DNA of 64,000 bases from the NCBI GenBank assembly GCA_016866995.1, contig VGKQ01000001.1, positions 16,194 to 80,193 of the forward strand, written 5' to 3'. The translations under genes and the position numbers were made by a program. Below, in pieces: positions 45,756-55,368 of the stretch. The stretch is from Candidatus Pacearchaeota archaeon (GTDB lineage Archaea > Nanobdellota > Nanobdellia > Pacearchaeales > GW2011-AR1). The notes beneath the pieces were generated by a model. The model did not search any database and was not told where the DNA came from. It saw only the letters and a program-made list of their open reading frames with translations. Every line of letters starts with the position of its first letter. Position 1 is the first letter of the stretch.

Positions 45756-46406
45756 TTACCTTTTGCCTCCTTCCACTTCTTCTATTAATTCTGATATAGC
45801 TTTTTCAAGCCCCATCAGAATATCTTGTTTTATTATTCTTTGAAATAATGGTGCCTGGCTTACTGAAAATCTTTTTCCGTCAAATTTTGTATTATCTCCA
45901 CATCCACCAAAATAAGTGTAGCATTCTATTTTCCAAGTCTTATCTTTAATAATTTCTCCTGCAACTATTCCAGTAGTTTGATATGGAATTATCTCCCCTA
46001 AATGAGTGTAAGTCATCAAAGCTGCATCTCCATCTTGTCTCGGCCCAATATAAATCCCGGCTTTTCTTGCCCCAAAACACTTATCAAAATCAGTAGCATG
46101 CATTTTGTCATCAATTAAAAGAATATGCCTGTCTTCTCCTGCTTGTGAAAATCTAGGGATTGGAGGATATCTATAACCCTTTTCTTTAGATTCAACAATG
46201 TCTTCTTTTTTAGCATAAGCTCTAAGAAAATCCTGTAACTGCCTGTCAGCATAAAACATTTCAAATGCTTCTTCTGCTCCCCTATATCTTGAAGAACCTT
46301 GCAATCTTTCTTGCATTGCTAAATATACTTCTGGCTTAAACAATCCGGTGCTTCTATTTTGATTCTTTGTTTCCATTTTCTTATTCTCCGTCGTGCTTTT
46401 TAGCAC
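45756..46406 (-). CDS. Hypothetical protein (216 aa), compositionally distinct (GC-elevated)
   Basis: ORF only, with Gly-rich loops (GGCGDNTKFDGKRF); it is translationally coupled to 44843..45754. Confidence 0.4.
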   Translation of the reverse strand: MLKSTTENKKMETKNQNRSTGLFKPEVYLAMQERLQGSSRYRGAEEAFEMFYADRQLQDFLRAYAKKEDIVESKEKGYRYPPIPRFSQAGEDRHILLIDDKMHATDFDKCFGARKAGIYIGPRQDGDAALMTYTHLGEIIPYQTTGIVAGEIIKDKTWKIECYTYFGGCGDNTKFDGKRFSVSQAPLFQRIIKQDILMGLEKAISELIEEVEGGKR

Positions 46407-46500
46407 GATAGAGTAACAACTACCCCTATTTTATAATTTATCTCCCACCCAGTGAGGTGTAAATAGCAAGATTTTTATAGCCAAAAATCTTGAAGATAAT

Positions 46501-47244
46501 ATGAACGAAAAACTGCTTGAAGAAATCGGGCTGACAAAAGGAGAAATTAGGGTTTATCTTACTCTGCTTAAGACAGGAGAAACAACTACCGGAAAGATAA
46601 TTGAAAATTCCGGATTGTCATCAGGAAAAATATATGAGATACTTGAAAAGCTGATTAAAAAAGGGCTTGTAAGTTTTATGATAAAAGAAAAAACAAAATA
46701 TTTTTCAGCAGCAAACCCCATAAGAATTCTTGACTATATGAATGAAAAAGAAAAAACAATAGAGCAGAAAAAAAGAGAGCTTAAAAAAGAACTTCCTTCT
46801 TTAATTGAACTGCAAAAAGCAGGAAAAGAAAAGCATGAAACAACTTTATTTAAGGGATTTAAAGGAATTCAAACAGCAATTTTTGAAGCACTTTCATATT
46901 TAAATAAAAATAATGAAATTTTGGCAATGGGAATAAGAAGCAGAAAAGAAGAGCAGTATAATCTATTGTGGCAAAGATGGCATAAAGAAAGAATAAGAAA
47001 AAAAATAATATGCAAAATGATGTTCTCAGAAAAAGGAGAGTATTATTCTTACTTCAGAAAAATGAAACTCACACAAATAAAAATAATTCAGGGATTAACT
47101 CCTTCTGCAATTGATATCATGGGAAACAGAATTTTGATTTTCACTTACGGAAAAGAGCCTTCCTGCCTTTTGATTTCAAACCCAGAAATAGCAGAATCTT
47201 TTAAAACTCTGTTCTATAGCTTATGGAAGATAGGAAAAAAATAA
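46501..47244 (+). CDS. TrmB-family HTH transcriptional regulator (paralog of 9830..10561)
   Basis: IGLTKGEIRVYLTLLKTGETTTGKIIENSGLSSGKIYEILEKLIKKGLV is a TrmB-type wHTH. Confidence 0.6.
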   Translation: MNEKLLEEIGLTKGEIRVYLTLLKTGETTTGKIIENSGLSSGKIYEILEKLIKKGLVSFMIKEKTKYFSAANPIRILDYMNEKEKTIEQKKRELKKELPSLIELQKAGKEKHETTLFKGFKGIQTAIFEALSYLNKNNEILAMGIRSRKEEQYNLLWQRWHKERIRKKIICKMMFSEKGEYYSYFRKMKLTQIKIIQGLTPSAIDIMGNRILIFTYGKEPSCLLISNPEIAESFKTLFYSLWKIGKK

Positions 47245-47287
47245 AAAATAAACCTCAAAACTAAAATAAAAATAAAATTATAGCAAA

Positions 47288-48070
47288 ATGAAAATCATAA
47301 ATATAACAGACATAACTGAATATTTATATTGTCCGAGAAAAGTTTATCTCAAGCTTGTCAAGGGAATAAAAGCCCCCCCAAGCCAGAGAATGATTAATGG
47401 CATGCTCAGGCATAAAGTTTTTGACATTTTCAATAAAAATGAAAAAGCTCTTGTTTCTTCAATTAAAGAAAAAATGTCAAGTTCAGAAATAAAAAAATTA
47501 TATGACAATCTAATCAGCAATATAACTCAGGAAACAATCTTGTTAAATAAAAATCTTATTACCAAGTTTAATATAGACAATAAGGAATTTTCAATCTCAA
47601 TAAAGAAAACAACAGAGCCGGAAATTAATCTCAGAATTTCTGCAATAACAAATACAATTAATTCAGGATTTTTCGGGGCAGAATTATGGAGAAATCTGAA
47701 GCCAAAATATCTTACAGAATACAAAATTGAATCTTTTGAGCTTGGATTAAGGGGAAGAATAGACAGAATCAAATTTGAAGATGGAATTTTGCCAATAGAA
47801 CGAAAATCAAGAGAAAAAATTTTTGAATCAGACAAGATACAATTGGCAGGATATGCGTTATTGCTTGAAAAAGAGTTTTCAAGAAAAGTTGAGAAGGGAA
47901 TAATAGAAATTATGGGAAAAGAAGAGCAAGTTGAAATTACAGAAGAGCTGAAATCTCGAGTTTTAGAAATAGCAGAAAAAATAAGAAACTTAGTTGAACA
48001 AAATGCCTTTACTCCTTCAAGTTTTCAAAAATGCGAGAATTGCGAGTTTAAGCAAGATTGTGATGAATAA
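47288..48070 (+). CDS. Cas4-like / RecB-family PD-(D/E)xK nuclease with a C-terminal 4-Cys cluster (standalone)
   Basis: YLYCPRKVYL is the N-terminal Cys motif. GRIDRI...PIERKS is the D...ExK motif, QLAGYALLLE is QxxxY, and CENCEFKQDC is the C-terminal cysteine cluster. Confidence 0.65.
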   Translation: MKIINITDITEYLYCPRKVYLKLVKGIKAPPSQRMINGMLRHKVFDIFNKNEKALVSSIKEKMSSSEIKKLYDNLISNITQETILLNKNLITKFNIDNKEFSISIKKTTEPEINLRISAITNTINSGFFGAELWRNLKPKYLTEYKIESFELGLRGRIDRIKFEDGILPIERKSREKIFESDKIQLAGYALLLEKEFSRKVEKGIIEIMGKEEQVEITEELKSRVLEIAEKIRNLVEQNAFTPSSFQKCENCEFKQDCDE

Positions 48071-48163
48071 TCATAATATAATTCAGCGATTTAATATAAT
48101 TTATAACAGAAACCTTAATAAATACATCTTCTTTTAATAAAGAAGCAAAACAAGTAAATTAAA

Positions 48164-49930
48164 ATGAAAAAAATAGGTGTAATTTTATTTTTAATCTTGC
48201 TAGTTCTAATTCCGGTTGTTCTGGCAGACGAAAAAGTTGACAAGGCTTATTCATGCTTGGAAGGAAAAGTAAAAACAAAATGCTCATCTCTGAGTTCAGA
48301 AGAACAGGCATTCTCTCTTCTTGCTCTTTCTTATAATTCAGATATACAAAAAGAATGCAAGTCAGCCTTATTATCTTCAAGCAAGGACAATGTCTGCTGG
48401 CCTAAGTCAGGATGCAAATTGCGAGAAACATCTCTTGCCTTTCTTGCCCTTGAAAATATAAAAGCAGACACTTCTAAAATACAGGACTGGCTTCTAAACC
48501 AAACACAGGTTGCTTCTGATTTGCAATGGTTTTTGGAAATAGACAGCAAAGAAGCTTCAACATGCAAAATCAGCTATGATGACAGGAATTATACAGTCAC
48601 AATTCAGTCAGACAAAAAACTCTCATCAGGCGCAGGCTCATGCTTGACTCTAGCTTACAGTAATTACTGGCTTCAAATCAACCCAAGCTGTGTGAATAAA
48701 AAATTTTCAGTAACATGCGACAAGGATTTTGCAACAGCACTATTATACAAGAAAACAAATTCAGATGTCTGGTTTGTCTCATCCCAGACAGAATCAGAAT
48801 CAGCAGGAGGAATGGCAGAAGCAAAAGTTGAATCTTTATGCTTCAAGCAAAATAATGTCTGCGATTATGAAGGTAGTTTGTGGGCTACTCTTGCCATTTC
48901 AAAAAAACAGGACATAAATAAATTCCTTCCTTATATAATAGCTCTTGCTCCTGATAATGCAAAATACAACCCTTCTGCATTTTTCTATCTTCTCACTTCA
49001 AATGACGAATATCTTTCAAATGTTCGGGACTTGCAGACTCAAACAGGCTTCTGGGATTTAGGAGGTTATAATAAATTTTATGATACAGCCCTCTCTCTTC
49101 TTGCCCTTCAGCAGCTAAATGATGAACAGGCAGGCAAGGCAAAAGACTGGCTTCTTAATTCTCAGGATTCAGCAGGATGCTGGAGCAGTTTAAGAGATAC
49201 TGCTTTCTTGCTTTATGCAGCCTGGCCAAAAACACCCGCTTCTGTAACAACAACAGAAACAAACTGCGAGGATTTTGGAAAATTTTGCTGCTCAAATGAA
49301 GACTGCTCAGATGCAGGAGGAGAAATACTAAGCCAGTATTTTTGTGCAGGAATGAAAGTCTGTTGTTCAAAACAGCCTGTGCAAAAAACATGTGCACAGA
49401 AGCTTGGAATAATATGCAAAAGTGATGAGACATGCACAGGAAGTCTTGGCTCGTCTTCAGATTCCTCAAAATGTTGCATAAATGGGGATTGCGAGAAAAT
49501 AGCAGAAGAGCCCGAATGCGAGAAGCAGGGAAATAACTGCAGAAACAAGTGCCTTGATACAGAAGAAATAGATAATAGTCTGGATTGCAATTCAGGATTT
49601 TGCTGCAAGGTAAAACAAGAACAATCAAGTTCAGCATGGATATGGATTCTTATCATATTTATAATTCTCATAATTCTTGTGGTTCTGGCAATAATATTCA
49701 GAGACAAGCTAAGATTATGGCTTTTCAAGATGAAAAACAGAACTCAAAAAGGTTCTCAAGTAACTCAGACTCGTCCGCCTTTCCCTCCCCAGCCTCCGAG
49801 AATGATGCCTCGCCCGATGATGAGGCCAATGCCACGCCCAATGCCAATGCAGAAGCCAATAGAAAAAAAATCAAGAACAGATTCTGAATTGGACGAAACT
49901 CTCAAGAAGCTGAGAGAAATGAGCAAGTAA
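48164..49930 (+). CDS. Secreted membrane-anchored protein with alpha/alpha-toroid (prenyltransferase/terpene-cyclase-like QW) repeats, a Cys-rich stalk and a Pro/Met/Arg-rich cytoplasmic tail
   Basis: There is an N-terminal signal peptide. The repeated motifs AFSLLALSY, TSLAFLALEN, SLWATLAI, TALSLLALQQ, QTQTGFWDLGGY and QDSAGCWSS are QxxxGxW-like. A CCS.../CC... stalk and a TM follow. The cytoplasmic tail is PPFPPQPPRMMPRPMMRPMPRPMP. Confidence 0.45.
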   Translation: MKKIGVILFLILLVLIPVVLADEKVDKAYSCLEGKVKTKCSSLSSEEQAFSLLALSYNSDIQKECKSALLSSSKDNVCWPKSGCKLRETSLAFLALENIKADTSKIQDWLLNQTQVASDLQWFLEIDSKEASTCKISYDDRNYTVTIQSDKKLSSGAGSCLTLAYSNYWLQINPSCVNKKFSVTCDKDFATALLYKKTNSDVWFVSSQTESESAGGMAEAKVESLCFKQNNVCDYEGSLWATLAISKKQDINKFLPYIIALAPDNAKYNPSAFFYLLTSNDEYLSNVRDLQTQTGFWDLGGYNKFYDTALSLLALQQLNDEQAGKAKDWLLNSQDSAGCWSSLRDTAFLLYAAWPKTPASVTTTETNCEDFGKFCCSNEDCSDAGGEILSQYFCAGMKVCCSKQPVQKTCAQKLGIICKSDETCTGSLGSSSDSSKCCINGDCEKIAEEPECEKQGNNCRNKCLDTEEIDNSLDCNSGFCCKVKQEQSSSAWIWILIIFIILIILVVLAIIFRDKLRLWLFKMKNRTQKGSQVTQTRPPFPPQPPRMMPRPMMRPMPRPMPMQKPIEKKSRTDSELDETLKKLREMSK

Positions 49931-50135
49931 ATATACAAGTGCATAACATACTCTATTAATGTTCTATAATCTCAATTTCTTTTGAACAGATAACCTTCTT
50001 TTAATCTGCTAATAATTTATTAATGTCAGAAAAATAAACTTAAGTTAATTTTGCGATAATTTAGAAAGTTTGTATGTTCACTAATTTATAAGAGTGTATA
50101 AAAAACTTTATTAATCTCCATTTTCTATAAATTTA

Positions 50136-51389
50136 ATGAAAAGAGTATTATTAATCTTCTTGTTGCTTCTTCCAATAGCATCTGCAGTAAATCTTGACAT
50201 CAAGGAAAATTACAAGCCAGGAGAAACAATGATTTTCAGCATGGAAGCAAACTTCTTATCTCCAGTAACTCAGGAAAATATTTATTTCTATTCGAATAAT
50301 GTTCAGATTCCGCTTGTTTCAGATATAACTCAGATTAATGATAAATATTATATCTATGCCCTTCTTCCTGCCCTCGAGAGAAACTACACATTTACAGCAA
50401 AAAACCTGCATTATTTCGAGAACGGGTTTGAGAAAACAGGGAGCATTGAGAAAAATTTTTCTGTATCAGGAAATATAACTGACTTCTCTGTCAAGCCGGG
50501 GTTTATAGTTGCAAAAAACAATTTTTCCATGTCAGTTGAATCAAAAAGCCAGTCTCTTGTTGTTGTTGCAAAATTTCTAAATTCCACGCAGAGCATAAAT
50601 GTTCCTGCAGGACAGGAGAGAACAATATATTTTACAAAAACAGCCAACAATTTAATGTTTACAGAAATCTCACTTTCTGCCCTTAATACACAATATAAAA
50701 TTCCTGCAGCAATTTTATCTTCTTTTAATGATTCAGCTCCAGTAAATATTTCTCTGCAAGAATCATTTGAATTTTCAAAATATGAGTATAATTTCTCAGT
50801 AAACAAGAACAAAGAAGACATTTTCTCAATATACCTGAAAAATACAGGAAAAAATACAAGCATTACTATAAACTTCTCAGATGAACTTGAGGATGTTATG
50901 AAAATTTCTCCTGTTGAATTTGATGTTAAATCAGGAGAAAGAAAAAGGATTGAAATCACAATAAAATCCAGTCAAGAAGGAAGATTAAGAGGGATAATAA
51001 ATGCTTATTCTGAAGATTACTCGGCTTTATCATATATAATAATAAATTCTCTTGAAGAAAATGCCGCTCTTCCTGCAAGAGAAAATGAAACTTTTGAAGA
51101 AACCTGTGCATTTAAGGGAGGGGAGAAATGCGGCTCTGGAGAAAAATGCAGCGAGAAAACAGTAAATGCAAGCGACGGAGATTGCTGTCTCGCAACTTGC
51201 AAAGAAAAACAAAATTATACAAGCATAATAATAGGAATTATTTTAATACTTGCAGTCGGGGCTGGAATTTTTTTCATGTATAAAAGAGCAAAGGCAAAAC
51301 AAAATCCTGCTGATATTTTAAAAAAACAAGAAGAAAAATTTGAGGAAAGAATGTCAGGAGAGGTTCGGGATAGTTTGTCTAAATCTTAA
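50136..51389 (+). CDS. Cell-surface protein with a signal peptide, Cys-rich membrane-proximal knob and C-terminal TM anchor
   Basis: The signal is MKRVLLIFLLLLPIASA. The knob is ...CAFKGGEKCGSGEKCSEK...DGDCCLATC, followed by a TM and a basic tail. Confidence 0.5.
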   Translation: MKRVLLIFLLLLPIASAVNLDIKENYKPGETMIFSMEANFLSPVTQENIYFYSNNVQIPLVSDITQINDKYYIYALLPALERNYTFTAKNLHYFENGFEKTGSIEKNFSVSGNITDFSVKPGFIVAKNNFSMSVESKSQSLVVVAKFLNSTQSINVPAGQERTIYFTKTANNLMFTEISLSALNTQYKIPAAILSSFNDSAPVNISLQESFEFSKYEYNFSVNKNKEDIFSIYLKNTGKNTSITINFSDELEDVMKISPVEFDVKSGERKRIEITIKSSQEGRLRGIINAYSEDYSALSYIIINSLEENAALPARENETFEETCAFKGGEKCGSGEKCSEKTVNASDGDCCLATCKEKQNYTSIIIGIILILAVGAGIFFMYKRAKAKQNPADILKKQEEKFEERMSGEVRDSLSKS

Positions 51390-51572
51390 TTTAATTTAGA
51401 TAATTTTAATTAATTATCAAAACTATAAATGATAAAAATAATAATTATCTTTAATATTGTTTATTGTTGCATTTTGTAAAATCTTGTCACATAGCTTTAA
51501 TTCATTTTTAATTAATTCTTAATTAAACAAATAATATTTTAATTGTCATTAGAAAACTAATAAGAGATAAAA

Positions 51573-52016
51573 TTATTTCTTTTCTTCTTTATTTTCAGGC
51601 AGATTAATCTTAATTCCTTTTTCTTCAAGCTGATTTAAAATAATATTTTTCTCAAATATCATTGCTTTTGCAACAGCATCATACTCATGAAGCTTTCTTA
51701 TTATCTCATTAAATACTGAATTCAAATCATAATTGCTTATTCCCAGTTCTTGCGGCTTTATTATATCTATATGCGAGGGCATATATAAGAAAATTATTCT
51801 TGCAAGACTTGCAATATTTTCCGCCTCAATTTCAATTTCTGCAAAGCTCAGAAATAACGAATTCTCAATTTTTCTCGGTGAATTTATTTTTTTCTTGGTT
51901 ATTTTTATTCCCTTTTCTTTCCCTATTTTTCCCACAATTTCAGAGAGAGATTTCTTTACATAATTTGCAGGCCTTCCCATAACTTCCAGCATTATTATTG
52001 CATTTATTTTTTCCAT
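51573..52016 (-). CDS. Hypothetical protein (147 aa)
   Basis: ORF only. Confidence 0.3.
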   Translation of the reverse strand: MEKINAIIMLEVMGRPANYVKKSLSEIVGKIGKEKGIKITKKKINSPRKIENSLFLSFAEIEIEAENIASLARIIFLYMPSHIDIIKPQELGISNYDLNSVFNEIIRKLHEYDAVAKAMIFEKNIILNQLEEKGIKINLPENKEEKK

Positions 52017-52069
52017 CTTATTCCGCAGACAGATTTATTCTTATTTTCTGCCAATTTATTTTTTCCATC

Positions 52070-52789
52070 TTATTTTTTTATTATTTTTATTATTAGCATT
52101 ATAAAGAGCATTATGCAAAAACAAACAAAACAGTAGATTGCATACTCTTTTATATATTGTGTTTTTGACTTATAGCTTTTTATATCTTTTGGAATAAGCT
52201 TTATTATGCTTGTTTCTGTTATTATTGGAGTTGTATTTATATTGCTCTTTATATTTTCAGCACTAGTTTTTTTGCTTCTTGTCTCAATTTTCTCTGTTTT
52301 TTTAGTTTCAGAATTATTCTCAATTATAACTTCATTGTTTTCTTCACTAGTTTTATTTTCTTCTTTTTCGCAATTATTATCTTTTTCCTTGCTTGATTCT
52401 GCAAATATCCATTCTTCACATAACTGCCAGCTCCTGTTGTCATCTGCCTTGTCAGTTATTTCTGGAGTTTCGTCAATTTTCTCATTATCATTAAATAAAA
52501 CTAATTTTTGCTTTTCATTGGCAAGAAAAGAATAAGGAGTATTAACAATAAAAAATCCAGAAAAACTCCCGTTCAGGCTGATATTTTTTCCTCTAACATT
52601 CATTATTATCAAATTATTTAAGTTAAAATGACTTTCTGAATATAATTCAAGCCACTCATTTCCAGAATCAGTTCCAGCAGGATTTAACTCAACTTCGTTT
52701 ATTCTTATTGCAGATATCAAAGTAATATTAATAATTATAAATAAAAACAATAAAACAATTAAGAACAATAATATATTTGCTCTTTTCAT
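52070..52789 (-). CDS. Membrane-anchored lamin-tail-domain (LTD) protein
   Basis: RINEVELNPAGTDSGNEWLELYSES matches the LTD signature. An N-terminal TM and an acidic linker are present. Confidence 0.5.
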   Translation of the reverse strand: MKRANILLFLIVLLFLFIIINITLISAIRINEVELNPAGTDSGNEWLELYSESHFNLNNLIIMNVRGKNISLNGSFSGFFIVNTPYSFLANEKQKLVLFNDNEKIDETPEITDKADDNRSWQLCEEWIFAESSKEKDNNCEKEENKTSEENNEVIIENNSETKKTEKIETRSKKTSAENIKSNINTTPIITETSIIKLIPKDIKSYKSKTQYIKEYAIYCFVCFCIMLFIMLIIKIIKK

Positions 52790-52833
52790 TAATTAACAAG
52801 TCTTGCAATAAATAAATAGTTTTTGTTTATGCT

Positions 52834-53691
52834 TCAAATATTGCCTGTATGCACGTTTTTCATTCCAAGCTTTCTTGCAACTTCAGCAGCATGAATTACT
52901 GTCTCTGCAGGTGTTTCTTTCACATTTACAAGCTTATAGTGAGGAAAGAATGCTGAAAAATGCAGAGGAACATCATCAGAAAGATTAACTTTAATCCAAA
53001 AAACAATTTTTTTGATTTCAGAATCAGAATCATTTAATCCGGGAATAAGCAGATTTGTAATTTCAAGATGCTTTCCTGCTTTATGTATTATTTTAATTGT
53101 TTTTAGAACAGGCTGAATTCTTCCGCCACAAATTTTCTCGTAAAACTTATCATTTCCCTTTAAGTCTATATTAAAAGCATCAATAAAAGGAAGAAGCTGT
53201 TTTAATGGCTCTGGATTTATGTATCCGTTGCTTACCATTGCTGTTTTCATTCCCTCTTTTTTCGCAAGTTTTGCAATATCAAGCATGTACTCGTAAAAAA
53301 TTGTAGGCTCTGTGTAGGTAAATGATATTATCTTGCTGTTCACATTTTTTGCCATTTCAATTATTTCTTGTGGAGAAGCTTCTCTTATTTTCTCAATAAA
53401 CTTCTGTGAAATCTGCCAGTTCTGGCAGTGCTGGCATGATAAATTGCAGCCAAAAGTTGCAAGAGACAATGTTTTTGAACCAGGATAAAAATGATATAAT
53501 GGCTTTTTTTCAATAGGGTCAAGGGCAATTGAACACGGCTTTTCATAAACAAGAGAAAACAATTTTCCTGTTCTATTCTCTCTCACCTTGCATTTTCCCT
53601 TTTCCCCGTTTTTCAGTGTGCAGAAATGCGGGCATAACTCGCATTGAACAATCCCACTTCCAAGCTTTTTGTAGAATAAAGCTTCTTTCAT
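52834..53691 (-). CDS. AmmeMemoRadiSam-system radical SAM enzyme (PFL-activase-like)
   Basis: The N-terminal CELCPHFC and the radical SAM cluster GCNLSCQHCQN are present, with a typical length of ~285 aa. Confidence 0.75.
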   Translation of the reverse strand: MKEALFYKKLGSGIVQCELCPHFCTLKNGEKGKCKVRENRTGKLFSLVYEKPCSIALDPIEKKPLYHFYPGSKTLSLATFGCNLSCQHCQNWQISQKFIEKIREASPQEIIEMAKNVNSKIISFTYTEPTIFYEYMLDIAKLAKKEGMKTAMVSNGYINPEPLKQLLPFIDAFNIDLKGNDKFYEKICGGRIQPVLKTIKIIHKAGKHLEITNLLIPGLNDSDSEIKKIVFWIKVNLSDDVPLHFSAFFPHYKLVNVKETPAETVIHAAEVARKLGMKNVHTGNI

Positions 53692-53740
53692 AAAAGAAGC
53701 AATTCAGCTTATCTTAAAAATTTAACTATAATACAGAATA

Positions 53741-54127
53741 CTATTCAAAAAACTGGGAAAATCTCTTTCCTTTTTCTTTCGCAAGCTCGAGAGAAACAAG
53801 AAAATTTTTCCCACTATTAATTAATTCAGAAGGAGAAAGAAAAAACCACCCTTCTCTGTTAAATCTCACAGCTATAACAGGCTCAAGCCCGAATATCTCA
53901 GAGAATATCATAAATTCTTCTATCTGTTTTTTTGTTATATACTTGCTTCTTTTCTTGCTTGCCTTGCACTCAACACAATATTTTTTCCCAATTTTCCCAG
54001 CAATCAAGTCGCATGATGTATTATCCATAACTCCAGAGCCAGCTACTCGAACAGCCCTGAAAGAGTTATCTATAAACATAGCATAAAGCTCGCGTTCAGC
54101 ATTCGCCCCTTTTTCCTTGTTACTCAT
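53741..54127 (-). CDS. hjc: Holliday junction resolvase Hjc
   Basis: GANAERELYAMFIDNSFRAVRVAGSG...CDLIAGKIGKKYCVECKASKK carries the archaeal Hjc nuclease motifs (E, D, E-x-K). Confidence 0.8.
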   Translation of the reverse strand: MSNKEKGANAERELYAMFIDNSFRAVRVAGSGVMDNTSCDLIAGKIGKKYCVECKASKKRSKYITKKQIEEFMIFSEIFGLEPVIAVRFNREGWFFLSPSELINSGKNFLVSLELAKEKGKRFSQFFE

Positions 54128-54180
54128 AAATAAGTTTAGAATTAATAGTTTTTAATACTTTTTAATAAAGAAAAGTTAAA

Positions 54181-54558
54181 TTAGCCTCTTGTATCGGTTG
54201 TTTCTTCTTTTCTTCCTATTTGGCTGCAAGAATTCTCCAGAAAAAATATTACCTTCCTTTTTTTATCGTGTATTCTAAGACATGTATAATAACCTGTATA
54301 AAAATTTAACTCATACTTATCCGGAGATAAATTCTCCAATCCAAGATATTCGGCGCTTTGTACGGGCCTTAATCTAACTGCTACTGGCGGGTCTTTTCTC
54401 GTGAGAGAAATTGTAACATCCATTAAGAAGGGGTCTTCAACACTCCCACCACCCCTCAATCTAATCGGTAGTTCATCCAGAGCCTCCCTAGCAATTTTTT
54501 CCAAATTTTCATCAAAGACTCTTATATCTTCACGTAATTTTAAACTTTCAATTTGCAT
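54181..54558 (-). CDS. Hypothetical protein (125 aa), GC-elevated
   Basis: ORF only. Its promoter region shares the 26-nt repeat that flanks the adjacent TA pair. Confidence 0.3.
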   Translation of the reverse strand: MQIESLKLREDIRVFDENLEKIAREALDELPIRLRGGGSVEDPFLMDVTISLTRKDPPVAVRLRPVQSAEYLGLENLSPDKYELNFYTGYYTCLRIHDKKRKVIFFLENSCSQIGRKEETTDTRG

Positions 54559-54622
54559 TTCATTCCTATCAGAACTCTCTTTGCCTATCCCCCCTCAGTA
54601 TTTTCACTTTTATAAACCTTTC

Positions 54623-54648
54623 TTTTACCCCTCATAAAAAGTAGCTTA
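54623..54648 (+). repeat. Left copy of an imperfect 26-nt direct repeat (ttttacccctcataaaaagtagctta)
   Basis: It matches 55369-55394 at 23 of 26 positions; the two copies bracket the toxin-antitoxin pair. Confidence 0.7.
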
Positions 54649-54674
54649 ATCTCCTTTCTCTTTATTTCCCATTT

Positions 54675-55073
54675 TCAGCTTTTATATCCAAAAACTTTAT
54701 CATAATCTTTATGACTAAAGATATCCATAATAAATGTAATTATTTCTACTTGATTTCCATTTATTGTATAAACTAATCTCCATCTATCAGCAAGTTCAAT
54801 TCTCCAGACATTTTCAGCTTCATATTTTTTATCATATTTTTGTGGAATTCTAAATTTTGAAACTTGGTCTCCTGCAAAAGGATTTATTTTCAATAATTCT
54901 TTGATTCTGTTTATGCTCCTTAACAATGTTTGGTGAAAAGAGCTTTCAACTCCTTTTGATTTTTCCTCTCCAACAATTTTATTCAGTTCATCATAAACCT
55001 TTTCAGCTTCTTCTGATAATTTTACAACTACCTCTTTTCCATGATACATATTATATCTCTCTTGCCTTTTCAA
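54675..55073 (-). CDS. RelE/ParE-superfamily toxin-like protein
   Basis: The C-terminal ...NVWRIELADRWRLVYTINGNQVEIITFIMDIFSHKDY resembles the RelE/ParE core (RIIY...V.il.ighRKdvY). It overlaps the upstream small gene by 23 nt. Confidence 0.45.
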   Translation of the reverse strand: MKRQERYNMYHGKEVVVKLSEEAEKVYDELNKIVGEEKSKGVESSFHQTLLRSINRIKELLKINPFAGDQVSKFRIPQKYDKKYEAENVWRIELADRWRLVYTINGNQVEIITFIMDIFSHKDYDKVFGYKS

Positions 55074-55323
55074 TAGCCCTTTTTAATTTTTTTGAGGGAT
55101 TGTAAATCCATAATACGCCCTTATGCCCATCTATAATCATGCCTTTTTCTTCCAAATAAACGAGAACTAAATTAAGAGTTTGGTGCATAATTTTTACAGG
55201 TAATCTTCTCTTAATCTCTTCTCTATCAATAGCCAAGTCTGCTTCTTTCAAAACTTTTTCAATCATCAACACAGTCTTCAAACTTGGATAGTGAATTATC
55301 TTCATATGTTTATATATTTCCAT
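55051..55323 (-). CDS. Putative antitoxin / small wHTH protein (90 aa)
   Basis: It lies upstream of, and overlaps, the RelE-like ORF. ...LNLVLVYLEEKGMIIDGHKGVLWIY is wHTH-like. Confidence 0.35.
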   Translation of the reverse strand: MEIYKHMKIIHYPSLKTVLMIEKVLKEADLAIDREEIKRRLPVKIMHQTLNLVLVYLEEKGMIIDGHKGVLWIYNPSKKLKRAIEKAREI

Positions 55324-55368
55324 ATTAATCTATATATAAACTTATATATAAATCTTTCTATTTTCATA

